64,000 nt of DNA from a virus. Each line of letters opens with the position of its first letter. The stretch's first letter is position 1. Where the stretch lies: positions 152 through 64,151 of IMG/VR virus record IMGVR_UViG_3300037240_000024, one strand, 5' to 3'. The notes under the pieces were generated by a model. It ran no database searches. It was not told where the DNA came from and was given only the letters and a program-made list of their open reading frames with translations. A program made the position numbers and the translations under genes. This document shows, one piece after another, positions 46,537-56,192 of this stretch.

Positions 46537-48803
46537 GCCTCTATTTCGATTATGAAACCCGGTCAGAAATCAACATCAACCAGCGGGGCGCCTACGTCTA
46601 CGCGCAGCACCCCTCGACCGACGCGCTGCTGGCGTCGTTCAAGTTGAAAGTCCCGGTCGGCTTCACGGTCGCCGACGCCAAGCAGTCGAAAGCCTGCGGA
46701 GCCGCCGTGGCGTGGTTGCTGGCCGGCGGGACGTTCAACACGATCTGCCGCTGGAAACGCGGCGAGCCCTGCCCGCCGTATCTGCGCGCCTACATCGAGG
46801 CGGGCGGCGAGATCTGCGCGCATAACAGTTCCTTCGAGAGGCTCATATTTTGGTTCGTCATGGTTCCGCGCTACGGCTGGCCCAAGCCGGCGATGGAGCA
46901 ATTTCGCTGCACCGCTGTCACCGCAGCGGCCATGTCGCTGCCGCGCGATCTGGAGCGTCTCGGCGATGCGTTGGACCTCAAGATCAAGAAGGACAAGCGC
47001 GGCAAGGACTTGATGAAAATCCATTCGATCCCGGTCGGCTTCGACGCCAATGGGGCGGCGATCTGGCATCCACTGGTGGACGATCCCGTCTCAATGGACG
47101 CTTATCACGACTATTGCGACTTCGACGTCTTATCCGAGGAAGAGGCCGGTGAGCGGCTCATTCCATTGTCCGATTCCGAGATGCGCGTCTATTGGATGAA
47201 CGAGCGGATCAACGACAAGGGTTTGCGGATCGACGTCACCTCTGCCCGCGCGGCGCTGAAGCTGATCGCCAAGGCCAAAGACAAAATCAACGAGGAATTG
47301 GCCGTCGTCACTGGCGACGCGGTCACAGCGGTTACGCAGGCGGCGCGGCTGAAGGTGTGGTGTGCAACCCAAGGCGTCGCGATGCCTTCGATGGATAAGG
47401 ATGACGTCGATGAGCAACTACACTCTGACAATGGGCTGCCAACTCGTGTTCGAGCCGCCCTTCAGCTTAGGGCCGAAGGAGCTAAACCTTCTGTCGATAA
47501 AATTGGCGCAATGCTTAGCCGCGTTTCTGGGACCGGAAGAGCGCACGGCGTCTATCTGCATCACGGGGCTGGACAGACAGGGCGCTTCTCTTCTCGTGGC
47601 GTTCAAGCCCATAATATGCCCAAGTACCGAAAAATCTTCGAAGACGCGCACCTCAACCAAGAAACTCTCTTCCAAGCGATCCGCACCGAAGACCCGCAAA
47701 CCCTGATCGACTGGTACGGCGCCGAACTCGGTCGCCCGCTGCATCTTCTCTCCGACGCGGTGCGCGGCTTCATCTGGGCGGCGCCGGGGCACGAATTTCT
47801 CGTCGCGGACTATTCGTCGATCGAGGGTCGATTGGCGGCGTGGTTCGCCGGTGAGGAGTGGTTGCTTCAGGCGTTTAGCGCGTTGGACCGGGGAGTCGGA
47901 CATGGCATCTATGAGATCAACGCTGCTGGGATTTACGGCATCCCTGTGGAGAGCGTCACGAAGGTGCAACGAGGAACAGGAAAGGTCGCAGTTTTATCTT
48001 GTCAGTATCAAACCGGAGTCGGTGGGATCAAGAAGTTCGCCCGTCAAAATAAGATTGCGCTTGCCGGGATCTACGGTCCACTTTGGGCCGCTGCCGACAT
48101 GGATGTTCGTCAATACGCGGACAAGCGTTTCGCCGAACGCGTCAAGCAGCACGACCCAAATACCTCTGCGCTTGGTCGAGAAGGATGGATCGCCGCTGAG
48201 CTTATAAAGGTCGGCTGGCGATCCAAACACCCGATGATCGTCACCATGTGGAAGGCGCTGGAAGAAGCTGCGATCAACGCAACGAATAATCCCGGTCAGA
48301 AGTTCGTCGTGTCACGACCGGGCGGCCCCTTCGACAGGCTCAGGAGCGCCGCTTGCACATATCTGGTACGCCACGGCTGGCTATGGTGTCTGCTGCCGTC
48401 CGGTCGCGCGCTGGCGTACGGAGCGCCGAAAATGCAGGAGGTCGAAGCGCCTTGGGCCGACAAGACGCTGGAGGAGGCCCGACGTGAGAAGAAGAATTCA
48501 CTCACCGTGCGTGGCGTCGATCAGAACGAGAAGTGGACACGGTTCCCAGTCTATGGCGGATCGCTGTTCAACAATCTGGTGCAGGGCACGGCGCGCGACA
48601 TCCTCGTCCACGGCTTGCAGCAAACAGAGGAGCGCTACGGCACACCCTCGCTGCACACGCACGACGAGATTGGCGTCGAGGTTCGCCGGGGCTCTGCGGA
48701 CGTGAAAGAGTACGAGTCGCTTCTGTCGCGGCTCCCCGATTGGTGCGGCGAATTGCCGATGGCGTCGAAAGCGTTTCTGAGCAAACGCTACAAAAAGGAC
48801 TGA
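46533..48803 (+). CDS. polA: family A DNA polymerase
   Basis: Exo FDYET / AHNSSFER / YCDFDV; motif A ADYSSIEGR; motif B R..GKVAVL..QY; motif C HTHDE. Confidence 0.92.
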   Translation: MSLYFDYETRSEININQRGAYVYAQHPSTDALLASFKLKVPVGFTVADAKQSKACGAAVAWLLAGGTFNTICRWKRGEPCPPYLRAYIEAGGEICAHNSSFERLIFWFVMVPRYGWPKPAMEQFRCTAVTAAAMSLPRDLERLGDALDLKIKKDKRGKDLMKIHSIPVGFDANGAAIWHPLVDDPVSMDAYHDYCDFDVLSEEEAGERLIPLSDSEMRVYWMNERINDKGLRIDVTSARAALKLIAKAKDKINEELAVVTGDAVTAVTQAARLKVWCATQGVAMPSMDKDDVDEQLHSDNGLPTRVRAALQLRAEGAKPSVDKIGAMLSRVSGTGRAHGVYLHHGAGQTGRFSSRGVQAHNMPKYRKIFEDAHLNQETLFQAIRTEDPQTLIDWYGAELGRPLHLLSDAVRGFIWAAPGHEFLVADYSSIEGRLAAWFAGEEWLLQAFSALDRGVGHGIYEINAAGIYGIPVESVTKVQRGTGKVAVLSCQYQTGVGGIKKFARQNKIALAGIYGPLWAAADMDVRQYADKRFAERVKQHDPNTSALGREGWIAAELIKVGWRSKHPMIVTMWKALEEAAINATNNPGQKFVVSRPGGPFDRLRSAACTYLVRHGWLWCLLPSGRALAYGAPKMQEVEAPWADKTLEEARREKKNSLTVRGVDQNEKWTRFPVYGGSLFNNLVQGTARDILVHGLQQTEERYGTPSLHTHDEIGVEVRRGSADVKEYESLLSRLPDWCGELPMASKAFLSKRYKKD

Positions 48804-48807
48804 CGAA

Positions 48808-49014
48808 ATGACCGAAGATGAATTCAAAGCCTTGCTCGCTGAAGCGACCGCACGCTTCGACGCGCTCACGCCGGAACAGCAAGACGCTCACCGGGAAGAA
48901 CAACGCCGCTCCTGGGTGCGTGGCGAGATGGCGCTGTCGGCTCTCGTGAAGAAGCGTATCGAGCCGGACGGGTCTGTGGTCTATGAGGATTACGCTTCGT
49001 ACTGTTTCGATTGA
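48808..49014 (+). CDS. hypothetical protein
   Basis: 68-aa ORF. Confidence 0.6.
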   Translation: MTEDEFKALLAEATARFDALTPEQQDAHREEQRRSWVRGEMALSALVKKRIEPDGSVVYEDYASYCFD

Positions 49015-49026
49015 AGGAGCAATCAA

Positions 49027-49326
49027 ATGTTGGAGCCTAGAGCTGGCGATCTGGTTCGTCTGAAGCCAGTGAGAATCGATAGGATAAGTGTGTGCGACGG
49101 CGCGGTTCGCACGACATTCGGCGCTTCTTTCCCAATCGAATTGGTCGAAGAAATCCTGCCACGTCCGCTCGCCGTCGGCGATATCGTTCGGTACTACGAC
49201 TCGTCGATCACGTTTCCTGAAATAAGGATTCTCGCCATCGACGGAGATGTTGCCTGGATCAAGTGGGCTTCCGGAGATCGCAGCGTGGCTCTTCTGAGCG
49301 TCTTACGGCGCATCGACGAGTCTTGA
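49027..49326 (+). CDS. hypothetical protein (two SH3/KOW-like halves)
   Basis: GDLVRL ... GDIVRY repeats; RBS AAGGAG. Confidence 0.6.
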   Translation: MLEPRAGDLVRLKPVRIDRISVCDGAVRTTFGASFPIELVEEILPRPLAVGDIVRYYDSSITFPEIRILAIDGDVAWIKWASGDRSVALLSVLRRIDES

Positions 49327-49356
49327 CGAACTACAAGATGTGAGCGCACAAAGTAA

Positions 49357-49391
49357 CACCCGCCACGCTGGGCTGCGTGGCGGGTGATTTT
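49357..49391 (+). terminator. intrinsic terminator
   Basis: CACCCGCCACGC-TGGGCT-GCGTGGCGGGTG then ATTTT. Confidence 0.7.
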
Positions 49392-49482
49392 GTCTGGTGT
49401 GGAAGCCGGACGCTTACGGTGTGACCCGAGGACTTCTCATGCCTAGAACAGAATTGCGCTGTGGTCAACTGCCGGTGCGCTC

Positions 49483-51516
49483 GTGAACGCGCACATACCA
49501 GTTCCGAACGATCCGTGGGCTTGGATATGGCAGCTCGGCTATCGGAGCATCGTTCCCATAACTCCCGGTCAAAAATCGCCCGGCGTTCTCACACCGGATG
49601 GGTGGATCGGTTTCAGGGGGTGGCAAACCTCACGCCCTAGCGAAAGCGACGTGGACCGTTATCGAGAATGGGGCGCCGGCGTCGGCATCAGGTGTGAAGA
49701 CGGTCTACTCGCCATCGATGTCGACACGATGGATGAACGCCTGTCCGTAGAGATCGAGACAGAAATAACAGCGAGACTCGGCGTTTTGCCGCAACGAATC
49801 GGTAGAGCGCCTAAGAAACTGTATCTATTGCGAACATCGTCGGATTACGCGCACGCAAAAATAAAATTCGACGGCGGCGAAATTGACATTAGAACTTACG
49901 GGCAGTTTGTCGCTTCCGGCATCCACCCCGACACCGGCATGGCGTATCAGTGGGTTCGGCCGCTGCTTCCACGAAAAGACCTGCCGCACTTCGACCCCGC
50001 GACATTGGAGGGGGTGTGGTTCGCGCTGAAGGCGATACTACCCAACGCCCGCCTCGCGAGCTTGCCGACGCTCGTGCGCGACCCCGTAGACCCGGCGACG
50101 CTGCGCGGAACGGGCGGACGAGTGCGACGCGCTCTGGAATTTATTCCAAACGACTATGACCGCGACACTTACATAAATGTGCTGACCGCCGTTAAAGGCG
50201 CTTTGCCCGACGATCTTGAAGACGGGTGGGATCTGGTCTGGCCGTGGTGCGAATCGTGGCGTGGGCCGAATGGCGAGGAGAACGACCGAGACGTGGTGCG
50301 ACGCGATTTCGACTCGCTGAAACCGATAGCGTTGGGGATCGGCTATCTGGAGATGCTGGCGGATAAACGGTCAGGCGGTGTGGCGATCGCCGAAAGAAAC
50401 CATGAGCCGATCATACCACCGCCGCCCCCTCTACATTTCTCCGAGCCTGCGACGTGCTTCGATGGTCTGCCGATCCCCTCTCAAGCATGGCTGGCGCCCG
50501 ACCTTATTCCAGCGCGCAACGTGACGCTGTTTTACGGCGACGGCGGGACAGGAAAAAGTCTGTCGGCGCTGCAACTGGCGTTCTCGGTCGCGACGGGCGT
50601 GCCGTGGCTGGGCGTTCCCGTGACGCGCGGGCGGGCGCTGTTCATCTCTGCGGAAGATGAGCGCGATGAGATTCATAGGCGGTTAGCAGCGATTGCAGCC
50701 GGCTCGGGATACGGTCTGGACGAACTCGGCGACCTCTATGTTCGCTCCCTGAGCGGCCAGAACGCCCTTCTCGCCGAGCCCGACATCAAGACGACCCTCC
50801 TCAAGACAACAGCGCTGTACGCCACGATCCGCACCGAGATCTTGCGTCTACGGCCGGCGCTGATCGTGCTCGACACACTGGCTGACATGTTCGGTGGCGA
50901 CGAGGTGAAACGTGTCCATGCGCGCCAGTTCATCCAGTTTCTACAGAGTTATGTCGTAGACGTGGATTTCGAGTTATCCGTAGTTCTGCTCGGGCAGCCG
51001 TCCGTCAGCGGCATGAACTCCGGTAGCGGAACGAGCGGTTCGACGGCATGGTCGAACTCAGTTCGGTCGCGGCTTTACCTAGAAAGAAGATATGTGGAGC
51101 GCGCTGAGAAGCGGATCGAGACCGACACCGACATTCGCGTGCTGACCACCAAGAAGGCCAATAGGACGAAGCTCGGCGGCGAAATCGTCATGCGGTGGGC
51201 GAACGGACGGTTTGTGGTCGATGCGGCCTCCAGCGCCGTGCAGGAGACCGCAGACGACGCCGCCGATGAGACGGTGTTCCTCGCGCTACTCGCGCAATTC
51301 ACCAAAACGGGACGCAATGTCAGCCACAATGTCGCCGCTCCGAGCTACGCACCGAAGCAATTTCTGACGACAAAGGCCGGTTCCGATCTCGGAAAGGCGC
51401 GTTTGGCGTCGGCGATGGCCCGTCTTTTTGAACGTCACGAGATCAAAGTGGAGATCTACGGAGCGCCTTCCAAGGGCTATAATCGGATTATAGGTGTAAG
51501 CAGGGAGGGATTATAA
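49483..51516 (+). CDS. primase-polymerase / PriCT / RepA-type (AAA_25) helicase fusion
   Basis: N-terminal GVGI...AIDVD prim-pol; DYDRDTYINVLTAVK PriCT-like; YGDGGTGKS Walker A, IVLDT Walker B, SGSTAWSNSVR. Confidence 0.88.
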   Translation: MNAHIPVPNDPWAWIWQLGYRSIVPITPGQKSPGVLTPDGWIGFRGWQTSRPSESDVDRYREWGAGVGIRCEDGLLAIDVDTMDERLSVEIETEITARLGVLPQRIGRAPKKLYLLRTSSDYAHAKIKFDGGEIDIRTYGQFVASGIHPDTGMAYQWVRPLLPRKDLPHFDPATLEGVWFALKAILPNARLASLPTLVRDPVDPATLRGTGGRVRRALEFIPNDYDRDTYINVLTAVKGALPDDLEDGWDLVWPWCESWRGPNGEENDRDVVRRDFDSLKPIALGIGYLEMLADKRSGGVAIAERNHEPIIPPPPPLHFSEPATCFDGLPIPSQAWLAPDLIPARNVTLFYGDGGTGKSLSALQLAFSVATGVPWLGVPVTRGRALFISAEDERDEIHRRLAAIAAGSGYGLDELGDLYVRSLSGQNALLAEPDIKTTLLKTTALYATIRTEILRLRPALIVLDTLADMFGGDEVKRVHARQFIQFLQSYVVDVDFELSVVLLGQPSVSGMNSGSGTSGSTAWSNSVRSRLYLERRYVERAEKRIETDTDIRVLTTKKANRTKLGGEIVMRWANGRFVVDAASSAVQETADDAADETVFLALLAQFTKTGRNVSHNVAAPSYAPKQFLTTKAGSDLGKARLASAMARLFERHEIKVEIYGAPSKGYNRIIGVSREGL

Positions 51517-51640
51517 ATTATAAATAGCCTGCTTACCCCTGCTTACCCCCTACCTGCTTACCCCTGCTAACCCCCTGCGGAGCCTGCTAACCCCCTGTGC
51601 TGCCTACCCCCCTATAACCCCCGCCTGGGTAGGCAGGCAG
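51496..51640. repeat. iteron-like CCTGCT(T/A)ACCCC array, probable replication origin
   Basis: Five near-exact copies at 51528-51595, a degenerate copy at 51598, inverted copies at 51496 and 51627, AT patch 51510-51527. Confidence 0.65.
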
Positions 51641-51739
51641 GGCAGGCCCTCGCCTTCGGGGCTTGCCCGCCTACCGAGGGGTTTTGCGATTATAACAGTC
51701 TGTTATGAAATTACGCACTCCAACGAAAAGGAACGTACT

Positions 51740-51958
51740 GTGTTTGTGGAATATGCCGAGCATGAGTGGGTTGACATCTCCGACGCCTATCGGCTGGAAT
51801 TTTATTTCACGGAGGGTGGCAATCCCGGTTTGAAGGTTTGGCGTCGCGACGCTGATCCGAAGAAACCGGAGCGCTATCTGTTCGAGGGGCCGGGATGGGC
51901 GGATTACGTCAAACTGGTCATCCGTAGCGCGGCCACTAAAGCGGCTGGAGAGCCTTGA
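51740..51958 (+). CDS. hypothetical protein
   Basis: RBS AAGGA; operator at 51693 upstream. Confidence 0.55.
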   Translation: MFVEYAEHEWVDISDAYRLEFYFTEGGNPGLKVWRRDADPKKPERYLFEGPGWADYVKLVIRSAATKAAGEP

Positions 51959-52021
51959 ACGTGACAACGCCCGCCGAGAGCGTCGGCGGGCGTCCTGGGG
52001 CTTCTCTGTGGCGGGAAACGC

Positions 52022-52249
52022 CTATTGGGTGACGGGTAGATACTCGACCTCGATCGAAAATGGCCCCGACCAGTTCTGAACCCAAAGCGGGGCGTGTTCC
52101 GAGCGCGCCAGTTCATTCGATTCGTAGGTGAACGATTCGACGCCTGGCGGCACGTCCTCGTCGACCCAAACCGTATCGCCTTGCGGGTCGACGCTGATCG
52201 CATAATCGTTGAGCCACGCTTGGGCGTCGAATGTGATCCGGGCTTTCAT
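52022..52249 (-). CDS. hypothetical acidic protein
   Basis: 75 aa, RBS AAAGGA. Confidence 0.6.
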   Translation of the reverse strand: MKARITFDAQAWLNDYAISVDPQGDTVWVDEDVPPGVESFTYESNELARSEHAPLWVQNWSGPFSIEVEYLPVTQ

Positions 52250-52379
52250 TTTCGCATCCTTTCAACGTAGAACAGAGCCAAGACATACGCCGCGACGCAC
52301 GCCGCGACGTATCCTTCGACCAGAACGCGCTTCGCGCGTTCTTTGCTCAGGACGAGCGACAGGATTTTGCGGAGTCTCG

Positions 52380-53018
52380 TCATTTCGGATTGTCAGAAAA
52401 TTCGGCGAGGCGCCCGAAAGTCTGTGCGGTGACGCGCTTGTACTCCGCATAGGCCGGCGCGCAGACGCGCTTGTACTCCGCAGAGGCCGACGCGCAGACG
52501 CGCTTGTACTCCGCATAGGCCGGCGCGCAGACGCGCTTGTACTCCGCAGAGGCCGGCGCGCAGACGCGCTTGTACTCCGCATAGGCCGGCGCGCAGACGC
52601 GCTCGTACTCCGCAGAGGCCGACGCGCAGACGCGCTCGTACTCCGCAGAGGCCGGCGCGCAGACGCGCTTGTACTCCGCAGAGGCCGGCGCGCAGACGCG
52701 CTTGTACTCCGCAGAGGCCGGCGCGCAGACGCGCTTGTACTCCGCATAGGCCGGCGCGCAGACGCGCTTGTACTCCGCATAGGCCGACGCGCAGACGCGC
52801 TCGTACTCCGCAGAGGCCGACGCGCAGACGCGCTCGTACTCCGCAGAGGCCGACGCGCTCAAAAGGTTTTGTGCCGCCCACTTCCAGTCGAATTTGTCGG
52901 CGACACCGGCGCAAATGGCTTCCGTCACTTCGGCGCCATTTGGAAATAGTTCTTTGAATAGCGCGACCTGCGAAGAGCAAGCCTGTTTACGCTTGAGAAG
53001 CGCAGCGGTGATTTTCAT
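52380..53018 (-). CDS. 11-aa tandem-repeat protein (13 units of A[S/P]A[S/Y]AEY[E/K]RVC)
   Basis: Non-repetitive N-terminus MKITAALLKRKQAC; RBS GGAG. Confidence 0.75.
   Translation of the reverse strand: MKITAALLKRKQACSSQVALFKELFPNGAEVTEAICAGVADKFDWKWAAQNLLSASASAEYERVCASASAEYERVCASAYAEYKRVCAPAYAEYKRVCAPASAEYKRVCAPASAEYKRVCAPASAEYERVCASASAEYERVCAPAYAEYKRVCAPASAEYKRVCAPAYAEYKRVCASASAEYKRVCAPAYAEYKRVTAQTFGRLAEFSDNPK
52428..52856. repeat. 33-bp tandem repeat, 13 units
   Basis: Read directly; varies at three single-nucleotide positions. Confidence 0.95.
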
Positions 53019-53023
53019 ATTTG

Positions 53024-53209
53024 TCACTCCGTCATCATGCGCTTGAGCGCGCGGGCTTTGCGGATCTCCGCCGCCATGTCGGCGACGTAAGCGGCTTCCA
53101 GGTCGATTCGCTTCGACTTGTGGGCCTGGGAGAGCGCAGCGCCGTAGCGTCGGCGCGCGATGGCGTGCGCGTCGGATGCGCGGCGATAGTCGTCTGTGGC
53201 GTTGAGCAT
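53024..53209 (-). CDS. hypothetical protein
   Basis: 61 aa, RBS AGGGAG. Confidence 0.55.
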   Translation of the reverse strand: MLNATDDYRRASDAHAIARRRYGAALSQAHKSKRIDLEAAYVADMAAEIRKARALKRMMTE

Positions 53210-53212
53210 GGC

Positions 53213-53617
53213 TCAGGCTCCCTTGCGAGGCGTGCGGCGCTTGGGTTTGATTGCTTCGTGATAGGCGTTCCGGTTATCGACGGCGATCTTGCGCCACGAC
53301 TCGACTTCGGCTTGTAGGTCGGCGATTCGTTGCGCGACGCCGCCAGCATCGTCGAGGCTGTTCAGCTCGGCGAGCCATTTCTCGTTTTCGGTTTCAAGTG
53401 TTTCTATTCGCGATTGTAGCGCTTCGATTTCTTTCGCCTGTTCGGCCTCAAACTCCCGGCGCCACTCGGCGTTTTCGGCTTCTGCCTTGGCGGGATCGCA
53501 CTCTTCGATTTCTTCGATGGCGTCGAAACGAAAGATGCTGAAATCGGGCGCGACGATACGCGCGAACGGGCGACACTCATATTCGATTTCGTCGCCGATG
53601 ATTCGGAAGTTGCTCAT
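53213..53617 (-). CDS. acidic coiled-coil protein
   Basis: 134 aa, RBS GAGGAG. Confidence 0.6.
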   Translation of the reverse strand: MSNFRIIGDEIEYECRPFARIVAPDFSIFRFDAIEEIEECDPAKAEAENAEWRREFEAEQAKEIEALQSRIETLETENEKWLAELNSLDDAGGVAQRIADLQAEVESWRKIAVDNRNAYHEAIKPKRRTPRKGA

Positions 53618-53838
53618 ATCCGCTGCTCCTCTTCGGCGAGATAGATGATCTGAACAACGTCATCCGGTCCTGGCAGCAGGCCGCGCGAATGTTTTAGCAG
53701 TGCGTCGATTGACATTGCGGTAGTGTATCCGCCGAACGTGTCGATCTCCGATCCGTCGTCGCGTAACGCGACGAGAAGCCATGCGGCGTGATTGCCTTTG
53801 CAACGACGTATGCGATGTGTGTATTTCGTCCCGGTCAT
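53614..53838 (-). CDS. hypothetical protein
   Basis: Start MTGTKY preceded by GGAGCAACGAAC. Confidence 0.6.
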   Translation of the reverse strand: MTGTKYTHRIRRCKGNHAAWLLVALRDDGSEIDTFGGYTTAMSIDALLKHSRGLLPGPDDVVQIIYLAEEEQRI

Positions 53839-54017
53839 GTTCGTTGCTCCGATCAGGTTTTGAGTGTGGAGGCGATCAGGTCGTGAGCGGTGCGTAGTTT
53901 CGCCGCACGTATCGTTTCGCCATCGCGGATCGCCCATTCGAGCAAGAGCGCGACCCGCTCCAGCGCCATGTCGATCAGACCGTTTGTTGTTTCGGCGTTC
54001 ATGTTCGTTGATCCAAG

Positions 54018-54317
54018 TTAGAAAGGAAGGTCGGCGCCGAAGCGGTAGTCGTCGCCGAATAAGGCGCGAAAGCACGACGCGGGGCCGCTACATGACCAGC
54101 GGACGTTGCGATAATCCCAGATGGCGCATTGCGCGCGGTCTGCGACAAAGAGCCATTCGTGATTGATCTTGCCATCGCTGCAATCAGCGCGATCCGGCGT
54201 AAAGCCAAGCACGACGGAAATATGCTCAACGGTCAGACGTGAGGATAATCGGCCTTCACGCCCGCGTCGGCGTATCTCGTTATTTTGTAGGATGTTCATT
54301 CCAGAGTCGGAAATCAT
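54018..54317 (-). CDS. hypothetical protein
   Basis: Preceded by the ACGAAC motif. Confidence 0.55.
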   Translation of the reverse strand: MISDSGMNILQNNEIRRRGREGRLSSRLTVEHISVVLGFTPDRADCSDGKINHEWLFVADRAQCAIWDYRNVRWSCSGPASCFRALFGDDYRFGADLPF

Positions 54318-54384
54318 GTTCGTTGATCCAGATCAGAGAATGAAGAGGGAGGAGGGGTGCAAAGGGTTATGTGGCCCGATGAGG

Positions 54385-54945
54385 TCAGGCGTAGTGAATC
54401 CAGCCGCGCGAGATGTACGGATTTGCCTCACTGAATTTATTCGCGGGGTTGCTCAACAGATCGCCGAGCACGCCGATAAATTTGGCGTCAGGCGCTTTGG
54501 CGTCTTCGCCCGGTTTGACGTATTCGCGCGTGTCGGCGCCTCGATAAACGTCAAGCGCCAGAACATCCCGGTCCCAGAAGCCGACGCCGTGTCCTTGACG
54601 TGTAAACCAGAAATCGCGCCCAGCCTGTTCATCGTCATAGTCGATTCCAGCTTCGGCGATTGAGTCGAGCCATTGGCGCACGAAACAACCGTCTGGCATT
54701 ATGTGGCCGACGAAATCTGAGCATTCGCGCTTGATGTCGGCGACGGCGGCGCGCGTCAGGCGTTCGACTCCCGCATCGTTGAAAGAGTTCTCGTTTTTGT
54801 CGTCGCCGCAATCGCCGTTGGTGAAAAACATCGCTTCGACATAGCCGCGCGCGAACGTGTCGAGAGAATAAAAAGCGTGCAGCTTTCTCTTGTAATGTCC
54901 TTGCGATCCAGGTCCGCCCGACTCGTTAAGAATGAATTGTGGCAT
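54385..54945 (-). CDS. conserved phage early protein (AGRDFWFTRQGHGVGFWDR family)
   Basis: Motif recalled from many phage hypothetical proteins; RBS GAGGAG. Confidence 0.65.
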   Translation of the reverse strand: MPQFILNESGGPGSQGHYKRKLHAFYSLDTFARGYVEAMFFTNGDCGDDKNENSFNDAGVERLTRAAVADIKRECSDFVGHIMPDGCFVRQWLDSIAEAGIDYDDEQAGRDFWFTRQGHGVGFWDRDVLALDVYRGADTREYVKPGEDAKAPDAKFIGVLGDLLSNPANKFSEANPYISRGWIHYA

Positions 54946-55161
54946 AGTTGATTCTCCTCATTTGAAGCGAAGGCGCTTCGCACATGCGGGACTCGCCCGC
55001 ATGATCACTGCGTCTTGCTCAGAGAATGAAAGGCGCGAGCACAAGCCCGACCGCGAAGGCGACGCCGAGATACGCCAGACCAAGCGCCAGGCCGATGACG
55101 TCGAAACGCTGCGACGGCGCGTCAGGTTGAGTGAAGGGGAGGCGGGACATTGGCGATCTCC

Positions 55162-55575
55162 TCAACGGAAATAAAACGTTTCACCGCTGAACTCGGCGGT
55201 TGAATAGTCGCTCTTGAGTTCGTCGGCCGCGGCTTCCCAGTCGATGTGGTTATTGGGCCATTTAGCGTCTCGGCTTATCGCGCCAATGTCGTCGGCGAGT
55301 TCGCGGGCGTAATCCTCAAAGTACGATTCGCGAATGAGCGTGATGGGATACCAATCGCCACGCCATTGTTCGTCGCCGCCTGCGCCTTTGAGTTCGCTGA
55401 GCAAGTCTTCCAGCCCGGTGAGTTCTGCGCGCAGGTCCATGATTTCAACGGGCGACGTTTCGCGGTCCTCGCTTTCTTCGTGCGTTTCGATCTGCGCGGT
55501 GATTTCCTCAAAGCGCGCGATAACGTCGCGAACGTCGATTGTGTCGTCAGTGTGAGAAAATTCGCGATTGCTCAT
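55162..55575 (-). CDS. ArdA-like acidic antirestriction protein (C-terminal domain-like)
   Basis: Highly acidic; FEDYARELADD...HIDWEAAADELKSDY...YFR resembles the ArdA C-terminus. Confidence 0.5.
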   Translation of the reverse strand: MSNREFSHTDDTIDVRDVIARFEEITAQIETHEESEDRETSPVEIMDLRAELTGLEDLLSELKGAGGDEQWRGDWYPITLIRESYFEDYARELADDIGAISRDAKWPNNHIDWEAAADELKSDYSTAEFSGETFYFR

Positions 55576-55953
55576 GTTCGTATCTCCCATTTCAGCGTCT
55601 CAATTGATCGCCGCATATGCCGACGGCTTGTGACGGCGCGTCGGCATAAACTGCGATTAGATCGCGGCGGGCGCATCCCAGAGAGTGATTAGCTTGTCAT
55701 CTCCTGTGAGATGAACCGCGCGAAGATGGCCGAGTCGGATATGAGCGCCGAACGCCTTGGCGTGCATGTCGCGCGCTTTGTTGATCGCTTGTTCGGCGGT
55801 TTCAAATATTAGGTTGAGCGGGACGCCAAAGTCAGACCAGATGACGGCGTAAAGGTCAGATTTGGCGATCATGTTCGTATCTCCTATTCAGCGTCTCAAT
55901 TGATCGCCGCATATGCCGACGGCTTGTGACGGCGCGTCGGCATAAACTGCGAT
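55573..55953. repeat. 84-85-bp near-identical intergenic direct repeats (55573-55657, 55870-55953)
   Basis: Identical apart from one short indel/substitution near the RBS; each contains a ~19-bp imperfect stem. Confidence 0.92.
55657..55872 (-). CDS. hypothetical protein (between the two repeats)
   Basis: 71 aa. Confidence 0.65.
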   Translation of the reverse strand: MIAKSDLYAVIWSDFGVPLNLIFETAEQAINKARDMHAKAFGAHIRLGHLRAVHLTGDDKLITLWDAPAAI

Positions 55954-56192
55954 CAAGCGTAACGGGCGTTCAGGTCGGAAGCCGCATAGTTCCCGGTGAC
56001 TTGCGCATAATTCTCGCGAGCCTCTTTCAAAGTCTTCGCGGCGTTTGTGCTGCAAAGATAAACGTCGAACTGCGAACCGTGACGCTTCGCGAAAATGTCG
56101 ATTTTGCGATAGGTATTGAAGCCGACTCGCGGCTCGCGTTGCGGCTTCATGAAGCCTTGCTTGAGCAAGTCCGCGTAGCGTTCAGTCGCCAT
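55953..56192 (-). CDS. hypothetical protein
   Basis: 79 aa; RBS GGAG from the repeat. Confidence 0.65.
   Translation of the reverse strand: MATERYADLLKQGFMKPQREPRVGFNTYRKIDIFAKRHGSQFDVYLCSTNAAKTLKEARENYAQVTGNYAASDLNARYA

Noticed and set aside
52428-52856. 33-bp array as CRISPR or DGR template/variable repeat
   Set aside because: No unique spacers, no cas genes, no reverse transcriptase; variation is not adenine-specific
55573-55953. 84-bp hairpin repeats as integron attC sites
   Set aside because: No RYYYAAC/GTTRRRY ends and no tyrosine integrase in the window
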